From Antedon mediterranea (taxonomy: Eukaryota; Animalia; Echinodermata): a stretch of 64,000 bases of DNA. The stretch is from NCBI RefSeq assembly GCF_964355755.1, contig NC_092672.1, forward strand, positions 15,066,001 to 15,130,000. Reading direction: 5' to 3'. This document shows positions 1 through 12,829 of this stretch, in pieces; the first letter of the stretch is position 1, and each line of letters opens with the position of its first letter. Position numbers and translations under genes: made by a program. The notes under the pieces are model-generated. The model was given only the letters and a program-made list of their open reading frames with translations, ran no database searches and had not been told where the DNA came from.

Positions 1-687
1 ACAAAATAAATATTTGAAGTCTGATTTAATTAATCTTCATTTTTCATGTTTTTGGGGGACAATACATCTTTAAACAAACTCAGTTTTGTATGTTCTTTAT
101 CCACTCAGTAACAAAATATTGTTCATGTTTTATTAAAAATATACCATTTACACACAACACAAATAAGTTAAGCTTCCCCCCAGTTTATTCAGAGTATACA
201 TATTTAAAAATACATAATATTTATTTCTACTGTACTGTTTAGCAATGCTATATACTACTAAAGCTTAATAATAAACTACATCTTTTGGAGGCTACCACTC
301 AAATGACATCGCTGTATTAAAAGTCCAGTGTGTTGTCACAGGAGGCAGTGAATCAAAGTATATAGTTAAGGATGTAAGTGACACCCATGGTAAATAATGG
401 AATTTGGGGGAAAAATAATTCCCCAGAATTATACTAGCCAAATGAGCAAATAAAATGAGAGTAGTGCCTGTGTTGAAGTTAAGTGTTGGATGATGCCGGG
501 GGATGGCTTGGTGGGAAGATTGAAAAGTTTGTATTCTATTAAACGGCTAATTTAACAATGAAGTGTGCTGGTATGCATCTCAGTAAACAACTAAAAACAC
601 TTCCATCTGTTGCAACTTTAAAAACGACTTGCTTGCAATTAATTGTTAAAATGAGTTAACTTTGTGAGTTGTCATTTCAGTTGATCG

Positions 688-811
688 AAGTTTGTGATTA
701 TCCATGCTTATATATCATAATGTCCAGTTTCTTATCAAAGTTTGTGATTATCCATGCTTATATATCATAATGTCCAGTTTCTTATCAAAGTTTGTGATTA
801 TCCATGCTTAA
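688..811. repeat. 50-bp tandem repeat, about 2.5 copies
   Basis: AAGTTTGTGATTATCCATGCTTA... recurs at 688, 738 and 788. Confidence 0.9.
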
Positions 812-1653
812 TTCTCTACCTTTAAGCATTCCTAACTCTTACAATTTCTTCTCCTTTCAATCTCTTTTGAAAAAACATCTGTCTCTCTGATATTATTTCT
901 TAATTATCCTTCTTACATAGTGGGCCTATACTGTATATTTATATTAATTTTTTATATACAGTATTTGTTAAATTTGTATTTTTATAGTTTATTTTGTATT
1001 TACTGTTTGTATTGTTTAAGGGTCGGTAATGATCTGGATGGATCACCCTTATTAAATATTGTTGAAATAAAAAAGTGTGTGACTCTCGTATGCTAGCGGC
1101 TGACCGCTTTGGCTTAGTATAGCTCCGCTTGGGCTTGGGTCAGTTATGATTGTTGATTTTTTTTCTGAATCGAAGTAGGCCATGATGCGCAAGCTGATTA
1201 GCGTTTTTTAAGTGTGTCGATTGCTGTTTATTCTTCTTTACCCCAGGACCATGGTGTGTTTTTGTGGGTAAGTTTTCTAAGCGGCGTTGTTATGGTAGCG
1301 TAGTTTTGAATTAATAGAGCGACGTATTTTGTCATGCCTAGGAGTGATCGCATTTGTTCTTTAGAGGTCGGTGCTGCTGCCTCTTGAAGTGGGGCAATCT
1401 TTTTAGGATCTGGTGATACTTCGGTATCACTAAAAATTCAATGCTGCGTTTGAAGAATTCACACTTCACGTTTTGAGATTACTGGCATGTTCAGCTTCTG
1501 TGTTACCAAACACTAATATGTCGCTTATATGTATGACCCCTTTTAGTCCACCTAGCGCAGATTGAATAACGTTTCGAAATTTTTCTGCTGCTGAGCAAAC
1601 TCCAAAGCAATCGTTTATACCTGAAGAGCCCAACGTGTGTCGAGAAGACAGTA

Positions 1654-2589
1654 CCGTATTTTCCGGAGTATAGGTCGAGACTTTGTGGGAAAATTTTAAT
1701 TGCAAAATCGGGGGGTCGACTTATACTCCGACCATGCGATTTTTGAAAAAAATCAAGCCGAAAAAATTCGTTCAAAAGCCGTCAGCTGTCAAGGCCTAGC
1801 AAGGTCAGTGGCCTATCATCAATCACTCACAGGAGTTTTCAATTTAATAATACCTACATTGTACAAAATAATACAACTCCAACAAGTACTGGTACAAGTA
1901 CTATTAATATATAACAAAGATTAATTTTGATGTTTATATTACGCTTTTATTAAAATAATTAAGAATAAATAGTTTTCGTTTGTGTTTCATATGCTTCGTA
2001 TTCACTCGCGAAAACATCGTAACACACACCACAAAACGAACTACACGATGTTGGAATGTCCATGCAGCATGTTTGTTATTGCGCGATATTTTCATCTATA
2101 CACATGCGCAGTTTGTTTGTTTGTTCGTAATTACAATTACTGCGCATGTCTATTCATAAAATAAATTCTCCTCAGTCCGGCGCGTGTACATTTACAGATA
2201 ACGCGATTTACAACTACTCGCCTGTACAATTAATAAGCCTCCTAACGAAAAACTCGTTTTAATTTATTCGAGTGACGCGAAAAAACATCGCTGATGGCAA
2301 GTACTGTAACGCTACATCGCTGTCATTTATTATAGGCTGGCGAAGACGGCGGCGAAGCCGTTGTGATTACGTCCGTCCGATATTGATTAGGCCTACACTT
2401 TAATAATTGTATAAACAAACAACCACATTTCATACATTTCTAGCCTTCTTTGAACTTTAAAGTAAGTTGTGTTATTAGCCGATTTTGGGGGTCGACTTAT
2501 ATTCAGGTCATACCAAAATCAACGATATTCTAGGTCAAAGTTGGGGGTCGACTTATACTTGGGGTCGACCTATACTCCGGAAAATACGG
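1654..2589. mobile_element. Non-autonomous Tc1/mariner (pogo/Tigger-like) MITE inserted in the Gypsy RT
   Basis: TA|CCGTATTTTCCGGAGTATAGGTCGA ... TCGACCTATACTCCGGAAAATACGG|TA, with subterminal GGGGTCGACTTATA repeats. Removing it restores the RT peptide RYITVFSTHVGLFRYKRL. Confidence 0.9.
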
Positions 2590-3056
2590 TAATATATCGC
2601 AACTTCAGCGCTAGCATTACCTGATGATAACCTGCAGTTCATATCAATCTTTGAAAACATTACGGCATCATTTAGTTTGCTAATTATGTCGTCGATTGTA
2701 GGTGTTACATGTCTTTCTCTGCTTATTGCTGTGTTCGTGGCCCTCATGTCCACGCAGATGCGTATTTCGTCAGGTTTCTTTGGCTTTGCTACAACGATTA
2801 TTGGTGAAATCCATGGAGTAGGTTCATTGTCAACTGGTTTGATGATATCTAATTCCTGTAATCATTTCAGTTTGCTTTCAATCTTCTTTCTGAGATGGAA
2901 CGGTATTTTGCGATGCGACTGAGCCACAGGTTGTATTTTAGTGCTTATGTGTAAATTACACATAATGTCGTTCAGCTTACCGATTCCAGTAAAACTGTCT
3001 TTGTATGTGTCAATAATTGTGCTTTTATTTAATACTGTTGTATCCATCTGTTCATT

Positions 3057-3737
3057 CTCATCTCATCTCATCTCATCTCATAGCCTATTTCACCCACTGC
3101 TGTGTGAAGGCCTCCTCCAGCTGTTTCCATTTAGTTCTGTTTCTTGCCGATCTTTCCCATGTCGCCGTTTCCATGTACGTTGTTATGTCGTCACGCCATC
3201 TTCTTTTTTGCGGTCTTCTTCTTCTTCTCCCTGTCCTCGGCTGCCATCCATTCAATCTCTTCGTCCATCTGTTGTCGTCTCTTCTTGCTATGTGTCCTGC
3301 CCATCTCCATTTAAATTCTTTGATCTTTACCATGATGTCTTTGACTTTTGTTTTTTCCATATCTCACTATGCTTTACTCTGTCTCATATTGATAGATATT
3401 TTTTCTTTCCATCGCTCCTTTGTGTTATCAATTTTTGTTCCATCTCTTTCGTTGTTGCCCATGTCTCTGCCCCATAAACTATAGTTGTTAGAACACATTG
3501 ATTGTACACCCTGCTTTCTAGTGACATGGGAATGTCTTGGTCAGTCAGGATATGCTTGTGCATCCCGAACCTTCTCCAACCTGCTTTTACACGTGTTAAT
3601 ATCTCCTCCTCTGTGGTGTTGACCATTTTCAAGGTCTGCCCCAGGTATATGTATTTGTCAACTTTCTCAATCTGGTGATTGTCTATTGTCTTGTCGAGAA
3701 GTTGGTCATAAATTTAGTCTTTCCTTTGTGCATTTGT
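3057..3737 (-). mobile_element. 5'-truncated RTE-clade LINE (RT C-terminus and 3' tail)
   Basis: ORFs 3384-3632 (RVYNQCVLTTIVYGAETW) and 3085-3360 (KWRWAGHIARRDDNRWTKR...WRDDI), an (ATGAG)n tail at about 3057-3080, and an 11-bp TSD ATCTGTTCATT at 3046-3056 and 3738-3748. Confidence 0.92.
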
Positions 3738-3807
3738 ATCTGTTCATTATATAAGGGTATACGTTACTTGGATGAGGTCGAGTGCTTTCGCTGTGTTAAA
3801 GCTGAAG

Positions 3808-4095
3808 GTGTTTTCAACAATTTATAATCAAATTAAACAAATTTAACAATAATTAGGTCATTATTGGCATCATGTGGAAGATGATCAAGTTCATCAATAT
3901 ATCAACTTAAAAGTTTAAAGGTTATAAGGTCAAATGTGGTAAATTCAGGTTTTTTAGCTGTTTTCAACAACTTATAAGCAAATTGAAACAAATATAACCA
4001 TTATTAGATCAATTATTGACATATTACAGAAAATGATCATGTTTATACATTTTTAAACTTACAAGTTACAAGGTAATTTTTAAGGTCATAATGTT
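3808..4095. repeat. Two diverged units of about 150 bp, interrupting the Gypsy protease
   Basis: TGTTTTCAACAA...TTAGGTCA...ATGATCA...AAGGTCA occurs at about 3810 and again at about 3958. Confidence 0.55.
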
Positions 4096-5038
4096 AAATA
4101 GAGCACAGACCTGTTAACTATTATCAGTATTAATAATTTAAATAAATATAAATAAATAACTATTTTCACGAGGATAACCTGCTGGGGCTGATGGGTAGTG
4201 ATGTGAAATTACCAGAATTGTCCTGGGGAGATTTTAAACTTGAAAGTTCAGGGTCATGAAGTATCAAAATAACCGAAATTTAAGGCTACTGGAATGTTTA
4301 ATAACTACATTTTAAAAACATCACAGAGGGGTTGTGGGTTGGAAGTGACCATTGAATATTGAATATCAACATGACCGGGATTTGTACTTGTACTATTGGT
4401 GTAGGATAGAGAGAGGTACCCGCTTCTTCGTGATTGCCATAGCAGATCATTTCTCTTTGTTTACCTTGCATCTTCAAAATCTACCCACTGTTACCAACTC
4501 ATATAATAAAATGCCTGACAGCCATGTTTACTGAATCCTTGAACTGGTAGTGAATGACCATCATGTTTTTAGCTTTTGGAACATCTGTGAGTATGTTAAT
4601 GCCATCCATTAAGATATGTATGAAGTCAGATTTGGCTGAAGAAATTGAAATTGGTCTATGATCATGCTCTACTTTATGATATTCACCAACTTCAATGATT
4701 GGTTAGCAGATTTTCTGTCAGCTTTTTTTTCGTAAATTTTGTTTTGATATGCACTATTAAAAATGGTTGCCTTATAGAAATCCGCAAAGGTTTAGAGCGA
4801 TGCTTTCTCAGTGTCTCATAAATTCTTCTTTTTTCTCTTTCAGTAAGTTGTTACTTTAAATTTGAGCTCTTCCTCATCATCCGTTGAAAAGATATATTAT
4901 TATGTTTATGTACCATGTCATGTAGAACCTATCACTGAATGAACTGTTTCTTGTTGTACCATAATTATAATTCTATTTTGAATCATTGATGATCGGTTCA
5001 TCCACTCAGTTTTAAAATATTTGGTGCTGATTGCTTAA

Positions 5039-5663
5039 AGCCTGTTTTCCTGTCGACGTTAAATTGCGTTGAGTTTAAAATTGTTAAAGTTGAAAATAAA
5101 ATAGCAATGACGATGATCGAGTCGGACCGCTAATATTTACACATTTTTACGGGATCGTTTCTTGGTTCTCTCGAGCGTTGCTGGGACACGTGGACGTGAA
5201 GTGTTGCAAAACTAAGTCCGGCCACGCACAGCCGAGTCCGTATGAAAATTGAAAAAGTTACAGGTTTTGATGCTTTAACTCAGCTTAGGACATGCTTTCG
5301 TTGATATCTAGGCTTACACTAAAGACAAACATTAAATTTAATTGGTTTATTATTATAATTTAATTTGACTTACACTTGTTTGTTGTTAAATATACCTTAA
5401 AAGTGTACAAAAAAGGTGAAAAATATCGTCGCGTTGTAAAAATTCAATAAATGTCAGCGCATACCTACTTTCATTTGACTGGTCAGTTTAAACGATCGTA
5501 ACGATCGTAATCGTTAAAATCTTAAATCGTTAAAGTTGAACTCGTTTAACTTTAACGATTTAAGATTTCAATGATTTTAAACGTTAATCTTTACCCCCTT
5601 TTCCTGTCAAATCGTTGAATCTGTCAACTCAACGCAACTTAACGATCGACAGGAAAACAGGCC
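5039..5663. mobile_element. PIF/Harbinger-like MITE
   Basis: TAA|AGCCTGTTTTCCTGTCGACGTTAAATTGCGTTGAGTT ... AACTCAACGCAACTTAACGATCGACAGGAAAACAGGCC|TAA. The TAA duplication is typical of Harbinger. Confidence 0.8.
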
Positions 5664-6683
5664 TAAGGAGTTCATTCAAAGATTGAACAAAACAACTTCT
5701 CAATAATTATGTTATAGGGGCCCGGGTCTTAGTCTTTTTAGATTCCTCTATATTTTTATCTTGTTTGACCGTTTGACCCTATAAACTGACCTTAAAACCC
5801 AAAACTGAGGATGGCATCCACCCCTATCATTTTTGTCAACCCACAAAGGATACATTCATGGTTGCCTGCTATCAACAACATTTTTTGAGTATTTGGCCTC
5901 TCTACTAGTAGCCGTGGTTTGTTTTGCAGTCGGATATATGTCTTCATGCTCATTTTTAATAGTTGCGCCGGTATCAATGATTGCATTAACAGTACTACAT
6001 TGAATGGTCCGGTTAACTTTGGGTTGTCTTTCAGACCCAGCACCTGTAATATGGAATGAGTACTCATCTTCACTTGTTGTGCAATCATTGTCATCATTGG
6101 ACATCACGTCAACAGCATGTGCCTTGTGTTTTTGTCTACATAGTTTAGCGTAGGGGTTCATTTTATCACAATTGTTGCATTTTTTGCCATAGGCTGGGCA
6201 TGTTTTTTTGCTTTTGTGGGGTACTCACCTCCACAGTATATGCAGATCTTGCGTGGTTTTCTCAAACGCCTTGCATGTGCTGTGTTTTGATAAGTTTGTT
6301 TTTGTTGTGAACACACTGTTGTCGAGTGTTGATGAGTTGAGTCTGAAACGTCACCCCCATCGCTTCGTTTAATGTGGTTCAACTTGTTCGAATGCTGCAC
6401 ATATTTTAGATATCGCTGTGTCTAGTGTTCAATTTTCCATACAGAGTAGGCATTGTTTAAGGTTTATTGATCTCTATCACGATACTATCGAGAATGAGGC
6501 TATCTTTCAAGGTACCAAATCATTATCCTGTTGCCATTGTACAACTTTGTGATTGAGAGGTAATACAGTAGCCTGCAAAAATGTACAATTTTACTAGTAC
6601 TATAAAATCATACTGTATGCTTAAAGCATTAGTCTATCATTCTACCATGGATTAATAATCCATGTCTCTGCTTCATATGTTGG

Positions 6684-7020
6684 ACCCCTTTCACGTGAAA
6701 ACCAAAACTCCAAAGACACTCCAGTGTTTTGATGTGAAAAGTAAAATCAAACAACTCAGGAGTTCAGGACACCATGGTTGAAAAGCTCAGGAATGTTCTC
6801 TGAAGGGTGAACTTTCGGGTGAAAGGTACCAACATCAAACGCCGGTGTCTTATGGTCAAAAGGTCATCCTCACATCCTTTAATGATAGTCGCTATTTAAA
6901 CAAACAAAATAGAGGGCGGTATATAAAATGTTATTTTATAAACCCTGGTGTTGCTAGGTTGGTGTGAATGGAGTATTTCTGGAGTTTCTCGACATGTTGA
7001 ATGATCACAAATCCTGAAGT
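6684..7020 (+). mobile_element. Degenerate copy of the Harbinger-like MITE at 18276-18851
   Basis: Shares CCCCTTTCAC..., GTGAAAGGTACCAACATCAAAC, AAAAGGTCATCCTCAC, AAACAAAATAGAGGGCG and GTTGCTAGGTTGGTGTGAA with the intact copy. Confidence 0.75.
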
Positions 7021-7287
7021 GTTTATATAGGACTAGTAGTTCCTTATGTATGAAAAGAGGGGTTCTATAGGATTTCAATGCGCAAAGTGAGATTTGACGT
7101 AATTTTACTTTATTATTCTACGTAAAAATGTTCATAATACCCAAAACCCTGGTAACAGCCTCATTTAAATTAAATAAATAAATAATTTCAAAATGATCCA
7201 TAACCCTTATTTGGACTATAATGACAACCTGTTGGTATCAAAATACTTGGAATATATATATTCGCTGTATAGATCATTTTTACTAAA

Positions 7288-8609
7288 CTAGATGGTACGC
7301 TCGCTTCGCTCGCGTACCATCTAGGTCGTGCCCACAGATGGTTCTCGAATACACAGTAATTTCAGCGTAACAAAACTGGCGATTTCAAATGTACGTACCG
7401 CAGGACTATAGGCCTATACATTGTCGTTTAGAGAAACGAATAAATAGACACGATGATTTATGTAGTCAACTAAAATTAGCACCCTGGGAATTACTTCCGA
7501 AGGAGAAACTTATCACAAAATTAGTCCAAGTTTTTGATTTGAACTCATTTAAAGAAACCCAATTTGTGTTTTGTATGTAACATTAGGGTTGAGGGATGGG
7601 AAAGCGGATAGGTACAAAGAGGAACAATTTTTAAATATATTCTTTATCCACTCAGTAACGAAATATTTTTTTCATGTTTTATAGGCCTATAAATAATATA
7701 CCTCTAAATACAGTAAAACATTTGCGATTTAATACTTTTTTTATTTTATTTATTTATTTATTTATTTTAAATATTCATTGTACACTAATTTTCCCCGTGT
7801 ATGGCAAGAGATTCCTAATTATATTAGAGAACATTCTTTATTTAGTTTAGTTAAAACTGTCACTGTCATAATCGATTGAAATATTAAAGTACCATGTCAC
7901 GATACACCACTACGACGTTTATATTTGGTAATTATTAATTAATACAAACGTTGAGAAAGAACTGTCAGTATAAAGTTTATTTGTATATAATAATGTGTTT
8001 ATATATCTAACAGTAGAGCCTATCCACAATCTCGCAAGTTTATTCTCTAAGGGCCCATATATTTACCTACCGTATGTGTTAAACCAAGGGCTCATAAATT
8101 TACCTACAGTACTTGTGTTAAACCAAACTCTGGCAGACTGAGAGATTGGGATGTTCCATTCATCGCAAATCAATAGATTTGTATAATCGTATATTAAATC
8201 TATCAAAATAGTATTTTTTAAAGAAAATCGGCCTGTCTTCAACATTATGATGGTGTACTCTAGCTGTTCAACCGGTTTTCAGCTATTAAAAGCAATTATC
8301 GTAGGAGGAGATAGGAAAATGCGAAGCCTCCTCGCATTTTTGTGGCGGGTATTTTTCAAGACGGACATCCATTATACAGTGTATACCACGGTCGGAAAAC
8401 ACCCCTATTTGGGGCAAATCTTGGAACCTAAATTCGTTTTAACCGTCAATAACTTATTATCTAACTCAATTTAATTAGTAAACAGGGTTACATCAGGCGG
8501 TTAAAATCAGTACCGAAAGTACGAACCAACTTTACATACCATCGAGTAAAAATTCTAGAAGTAAGGCGCGATTTACCGAATTTTGCCCTTACGTAAATTT
8601 ATATATAGA
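7288..8609 (-). mobile_element. Non-autonomous Helitron, apparently full length
   Basis: On the minus strand it starts A|TCTATATAT at 8609 and ends CTAG|T at 7288, next to the hairpin CTAGATGGTACGC-TCGCTTCGCTC-GCGTACCATCTAG. Homologous sequence lies at 20790-21573 and partly at 70-140. Confidence 0.82.
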
Positions 8610-9332
8610 TGCAACCGGAAATGCTATTTTCTGTAACTGTATCTTAAAAACGGTGGTCAAAGAAATTTTAAAATGGTCAAAAAATTGCTCAGACCATACA
8701 TATTTGTAATGCAATATTTTATTAAAAAATTACTGTAAGTAAACTTTTGACATAGAGAATAGCATTACAAGGATAAATATTGGTCAGATGTTTTTTCCCT
8801 ACTCTGACATAATATGTACAAATACATTAAGAAAATTTGCAAGTAAAGTGTCACTACACAGCATAGTCTAGTTTCAATAAAAGAAAATAACAAAAGGCGA
8901 GCCCAGCCACCACACCTGTCTGAACATATGCAAATGAACTCAATAAAGTTTAACAATTGGTGGGGCATCAGAATAATTAGGTACAAATAAAATATATGTA
9001 CAGAAAATATATATAAATATACAGAAAAGTTAGAACTGCGGAAAGTTAAATATTTTAAACAATTTTGGCTCCAACAATAAATAACTAAATATAATTAAAG
9101 CTACTAGACCTACGTTTTTTGACCTAATTTATATTTTCGTTTTACCCACGTGAAAGCCAAAACAAATGGAAGATTCGTAACTTTTCTGTATCTGTATTGT
9201 AAACGGCCGGGATCTTGGAGTCACTCAGGCATTTTTGGTTGCGGTAGCAACCACACAACGCCACCTACTGTCGTGACGTCAGCACCGTGTTCGTACAAAA
9301 CAAGCCTAAAAACTGTCCCCGAGAGAAAATTC

Positions 9333-9525
9333 TACCCCTGGACAACTGCCCTCCTAGGACAACTACCCCCGACAACAACCACTGGGAAAACTACCCTCAT
9401 AGGACAACTACCCCCTTAGGACAACTACCCTCTTAGGACAACTACCCTCTTAGGACAACTACCCTCTTAGGACAACTACCACCAGGATAACTACCCCCTT
9501 AGGACAAATACCTCTTTAGGAGCCT
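9333..9525 (+). repeat. GGACAACTACCC-type tandem array, probable terminal repeats of a Mutator-like element
   Basis: Units of about 16-18 bp, TAGGACAACTACCC(T/C)CT, adjacent to a MULE transposase relic. Confidence 0.75.
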
Positions 9526-10170
9526 AGCCCCCTCGTCGGGGAGCCTAGCCACCGCAAACCCCACCCCGCCCCCCAGTCGGGGAACGCGAGTACTTTTCTG
9601 AATCCAGCAAAGCTTGGTAACCCATCAGGCCTACCGCACTTACTTTAGATTTTTTAAACATGAACTATATACATATAAAACCTTAAAAACAAATACCTGT
9701 AACATCCATGACACAATGAGTGTCATATAAACAACATACTCAAGTTTGTTGTTTTTGTTTTACAGCAATTAATTTATAACGGTAGAAAAATAGTCATTTC
9801 ATAGCAGTAAGCTTTGGAATAACCTTCCGGGTAATCTTAAAAACGTATTTCTAATGTAAATATTTAAAAATTAAGTTTAACTACATAAATCTTATTTTAA
9901 TTGTTATCCTGAAACAAACCGAGTTGGTCTACGGCGGGGTTTAGTTTACCCTTTATGTTTATGTTTCTCTTTTATTTGTTTTATTAATTTTTAGTACTTA
10001 TTTATGGCCTTGCATGGCTTTGATGAAAAACACTCTAGGGTGATTCAAGTATTATTATTATATTATAATCCATGTTCTTTACATCTTCTCTAAAACGAAA
10101 ACAGCATCCATCTGTTTTAATCACTTATCAGATATTGTACATACACAGGTGTTTGTGTGCGCGTTAACAT

Positions 10171-12115
10171 TTAAAAATCTTCCTCAAAATAATTGAGGAT
10201 AGGAAGAAGCTGTGGTTGCGCCATATTCACCAGAGCCTGTAAGCACTGCTTGGTGTCTTCAACAGGAGCAAAGGCAATAGTGTCTCTATCATTCTGGGCT
10301 GAACACGAACCCCTTGATCCTCATTGTTGAGGCCTTCTTGCTTAACCTGAAAAGTTAATAAAAAATTGTTTTTACTGGGTTATACATTATATTTGTTTAT
10401 TAGTTAGATGCACTAACAGTAAACGTCAAATCGTATTATTATCTACGTTGGCACTGTTTGGTGTAAAATGGTTTTGAAAAGGAAGCGGCATCCCTTAATA
10501 TTTGCATCCAGGCATATACACAAAAGCATTTTTTGTCGCCATATCAAAATCGATCACGGCAACGTTGCCAGTGGGTTTGGCATGTTGTGGGTGGACTTAA
10601 GACAAGAACAAAATATATGTACAACACTATCATAAATATCCAGAATCTTTTAATTGTATGGGTGCACCCAATCTGGGATCTATAATACAAGTTTTAATAT
10701 GTGAATTATCTCCGTTTCCAGTATTACATTGACAGTACAGTAATTTTCACATGTATAGCACAACCGTAGTTTCACTTCATCATCTCTGTAATCATTTACT
10801 TTGGTGATTTCTGATGATGTCTAGTCTTCTTAGATCTTCTCCACTCTCGAGCGGCAAATGGTTTGTTTTACATACCCTGATTTTACGTTCTCTTGATTTT
10901 ACGTACGCTTAAAATGACCGCTTACGTCATCATTTTCCTACATTGAGGGCGCAATTTAACAACAACAAAGCACAAAGCCTTGGCTGTGTGAGAAACTCAT
11001 GTGCATTCCCCCTACAGCAGCTACTGTTTTTATGGATAGAAAATGCAAGAACATTGATATTTTACACTTTATTTAGCTACGATCTACGTATATGGGGGTC
11101 AATTTAAGGTCAACCTGGATTTTACGAATCCCATGTTTTACACACACCTTTCAGACCCATACAGTACGTAAAATGAAGGTTCTACTGTACACAGATTAAT
11201 TCATTTAATTGTTTTACGGTGAGGTGAACTAGATGCTCCTTACTCTTTCCCCGTTGTATAAAAAAAAAATATGTCTACTCAAAGCATTTGTAGTTATTAG
11301 ACTATTCCATTACTTTGTGACACAACTAAATTATAATTTATTTAACTTTTCTTATGTAACCTCCATGCATAGGCCTACCTAAAATATTCTATACACTCAA
11401 TTAATGTTTATACACTGTATATCATATTTCCCGATGATAATAGTCCCAGTTACTTATACAGTATGTACAAACAAAAACAAATTTTATTTCATCTAAAATA
11501 ATATATGTAATAATAAATGAATACAAACAACAATAAATAATCAATCTTAAGATGCATTATGCATTTGTTGATTGTTGTGTTTGTGTAATAAATTTATGAT
11601 TTTAAAGAATTTAGGAAAAGCTTATACCTGAAGATTTCTTTCCGTGTAATTTTTTATTTTATTGTTGGATGATTATGTTTTGCTTTGGAGACCCACTTGA
11701 TAGTTTGATTTAGTTCGCTTTTGGGAATCCTGTCTCTCTCTATTGTTTGTTATTTTTTGTTATAATTATGGGAGACAAAATAAATGAAATGAAAATTAAA
11801 TGGAAAGAAAACGATATAGGCCAGCCATGCCTGAATCATGCAATAAAAACGGATAGCTCTTTGGGTTATTCATCTGCATTTGCCTTCGAATGTGTCTTTG
11901 CATGTTATTTACTTCTGGAAGAGCTATAATAATAATAACTTTATTTAAAAATGGATGCAACACAGCTATCCTACCTTCTTCGAAGTGTGGAAGTGTTGCT
12001 ATTAAGATCTGCTGTGGTCTTTCATTACTGATTGCCTCTTTTGACTTTGTCGGCTTTTACTTTCATGCGATGGTGGATGTGTATGATCAGTTTGCCCTTA
12101 AATCAATGGAAAGTA
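10171..12115 (-). pseudogene. Mutator-like (MULE) transposase relic with introns, interrupted by other repeats
   Basis: Minus-strand peptides DHTHPP...SNERPQQIL (about 11970-12100), ALPEVNNMQRHIRRQ...FLLHDSG (11820-11925), VIDFDMATKNAF...NIKGCRFLF (10480-10570) and, after the acceptor TTTTCAG at 10347, VKQEGL...RMIETL/AFAPVED...LNYFEEDF. These match MULE DDE-domain motifs but are frameshifted. Confidence 0.78.
11645..11800 (+). repeat. Interspersed repeat (likely LINE 3' end); empty-site counterpart of the copy split by the foldback element
   Basis: Near-identical reverse complement at 16410-16516, continuing at 17689-17735. Confidence 0.75.
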
Positions 12116-12134
12116 ACATTTCTTTAAAATGGGT

Positions 12135-12366
12135 CTAGGACAACTACCCTCTGGACAACTACCACCCGTACAACTTCCACCCGTACAACTTCCACCCGGA
12201 CAATAACCCCCTGGACAATCACCCTTCTAGGACAATTATCCCACGGACAATAACCAACTGAACAATCACCCTTCTAGGACAACTACCCCCCCCCCCCCCC
12301 CCACACAATAAATCATCCCAACTACAACTACCCCCAGACAATTACCCTCTAAGGAAAACTACCCTA
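12135..12366 (+). repeat. Second, more diverged GGACAACTACCC-type array
   Basis: GGACAACTACCC, GGACAATAACCC and GTACAACTTCC units. Confidence 0.75.
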
Positions 12367-12829
12367 TAATATTAGTATTAGGCTATCTCTAAATCTAATT
12401 AAATCCCCCCTCCATACCAGCAGTACTAAACACACTACGATCTGCTACATGGTTCTCTGATCTTTAATTATCCTTTCAACTTCACTAGACTACAGAGTGA
12501 TAACGATTTATAATTGCCTACCTTTTTAATTCAATAGAGATGATGTATTTCCAAGTTTTATCTAATTCAGTGAAGTAATAATAATATACCGTAGGTATGT
12601 AACCTTTGGATGTTGAAGCTTGACTGACTGACTACCATGTTGGTTTCTTCCTTCTAATGTTACCATATCTACACACCAATCAGCAGTCTCTCAAGTGGAT
12701 TGTTCCATTAACTAAAAAAGGGGTGTGTAATTCTTACATAGGTGTATCAAATTTCGCTACAATGGATTATTTTTAAAAACCGTAAACATTTGTGGGTCTA
12801 GTGGCTTTAACTTACTTGGATTTATATAA

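Larger units (their letters stand above)
1090..6520 (-). mobile_element. Degenerate Ty3/Gypsy-type LTR retrotransposon (gag-protease-RT), fragmented by nested insertions; no LTRs recognised
   Basis: Minus-strand frames give a zinc-knuckle-like CIYCGGEYP (6158-6400), protease VNAIIDTGAT (5856-6161), and RT segments PVAQSHRKIPFHLRKK, DMRATNTAISRERHVTPTIDD, VFSTHVGLFRYKRL and IHISDILVFG. There are many stops and frameshifts. Confidence 0.9.

Noticed and set aside
2941-3484. 178-aa and 155-aa plus-strand ORFs
   Set aside because: They are antisense shadows of the RTE LINE fragment.
10735-11190. Complete Tigger-like MITE inside the MULE relic
   Set aside because: The right end (AAAATGAAGGTTCTACTG|TA) is suggestive, but I could not find a matching left TIR.
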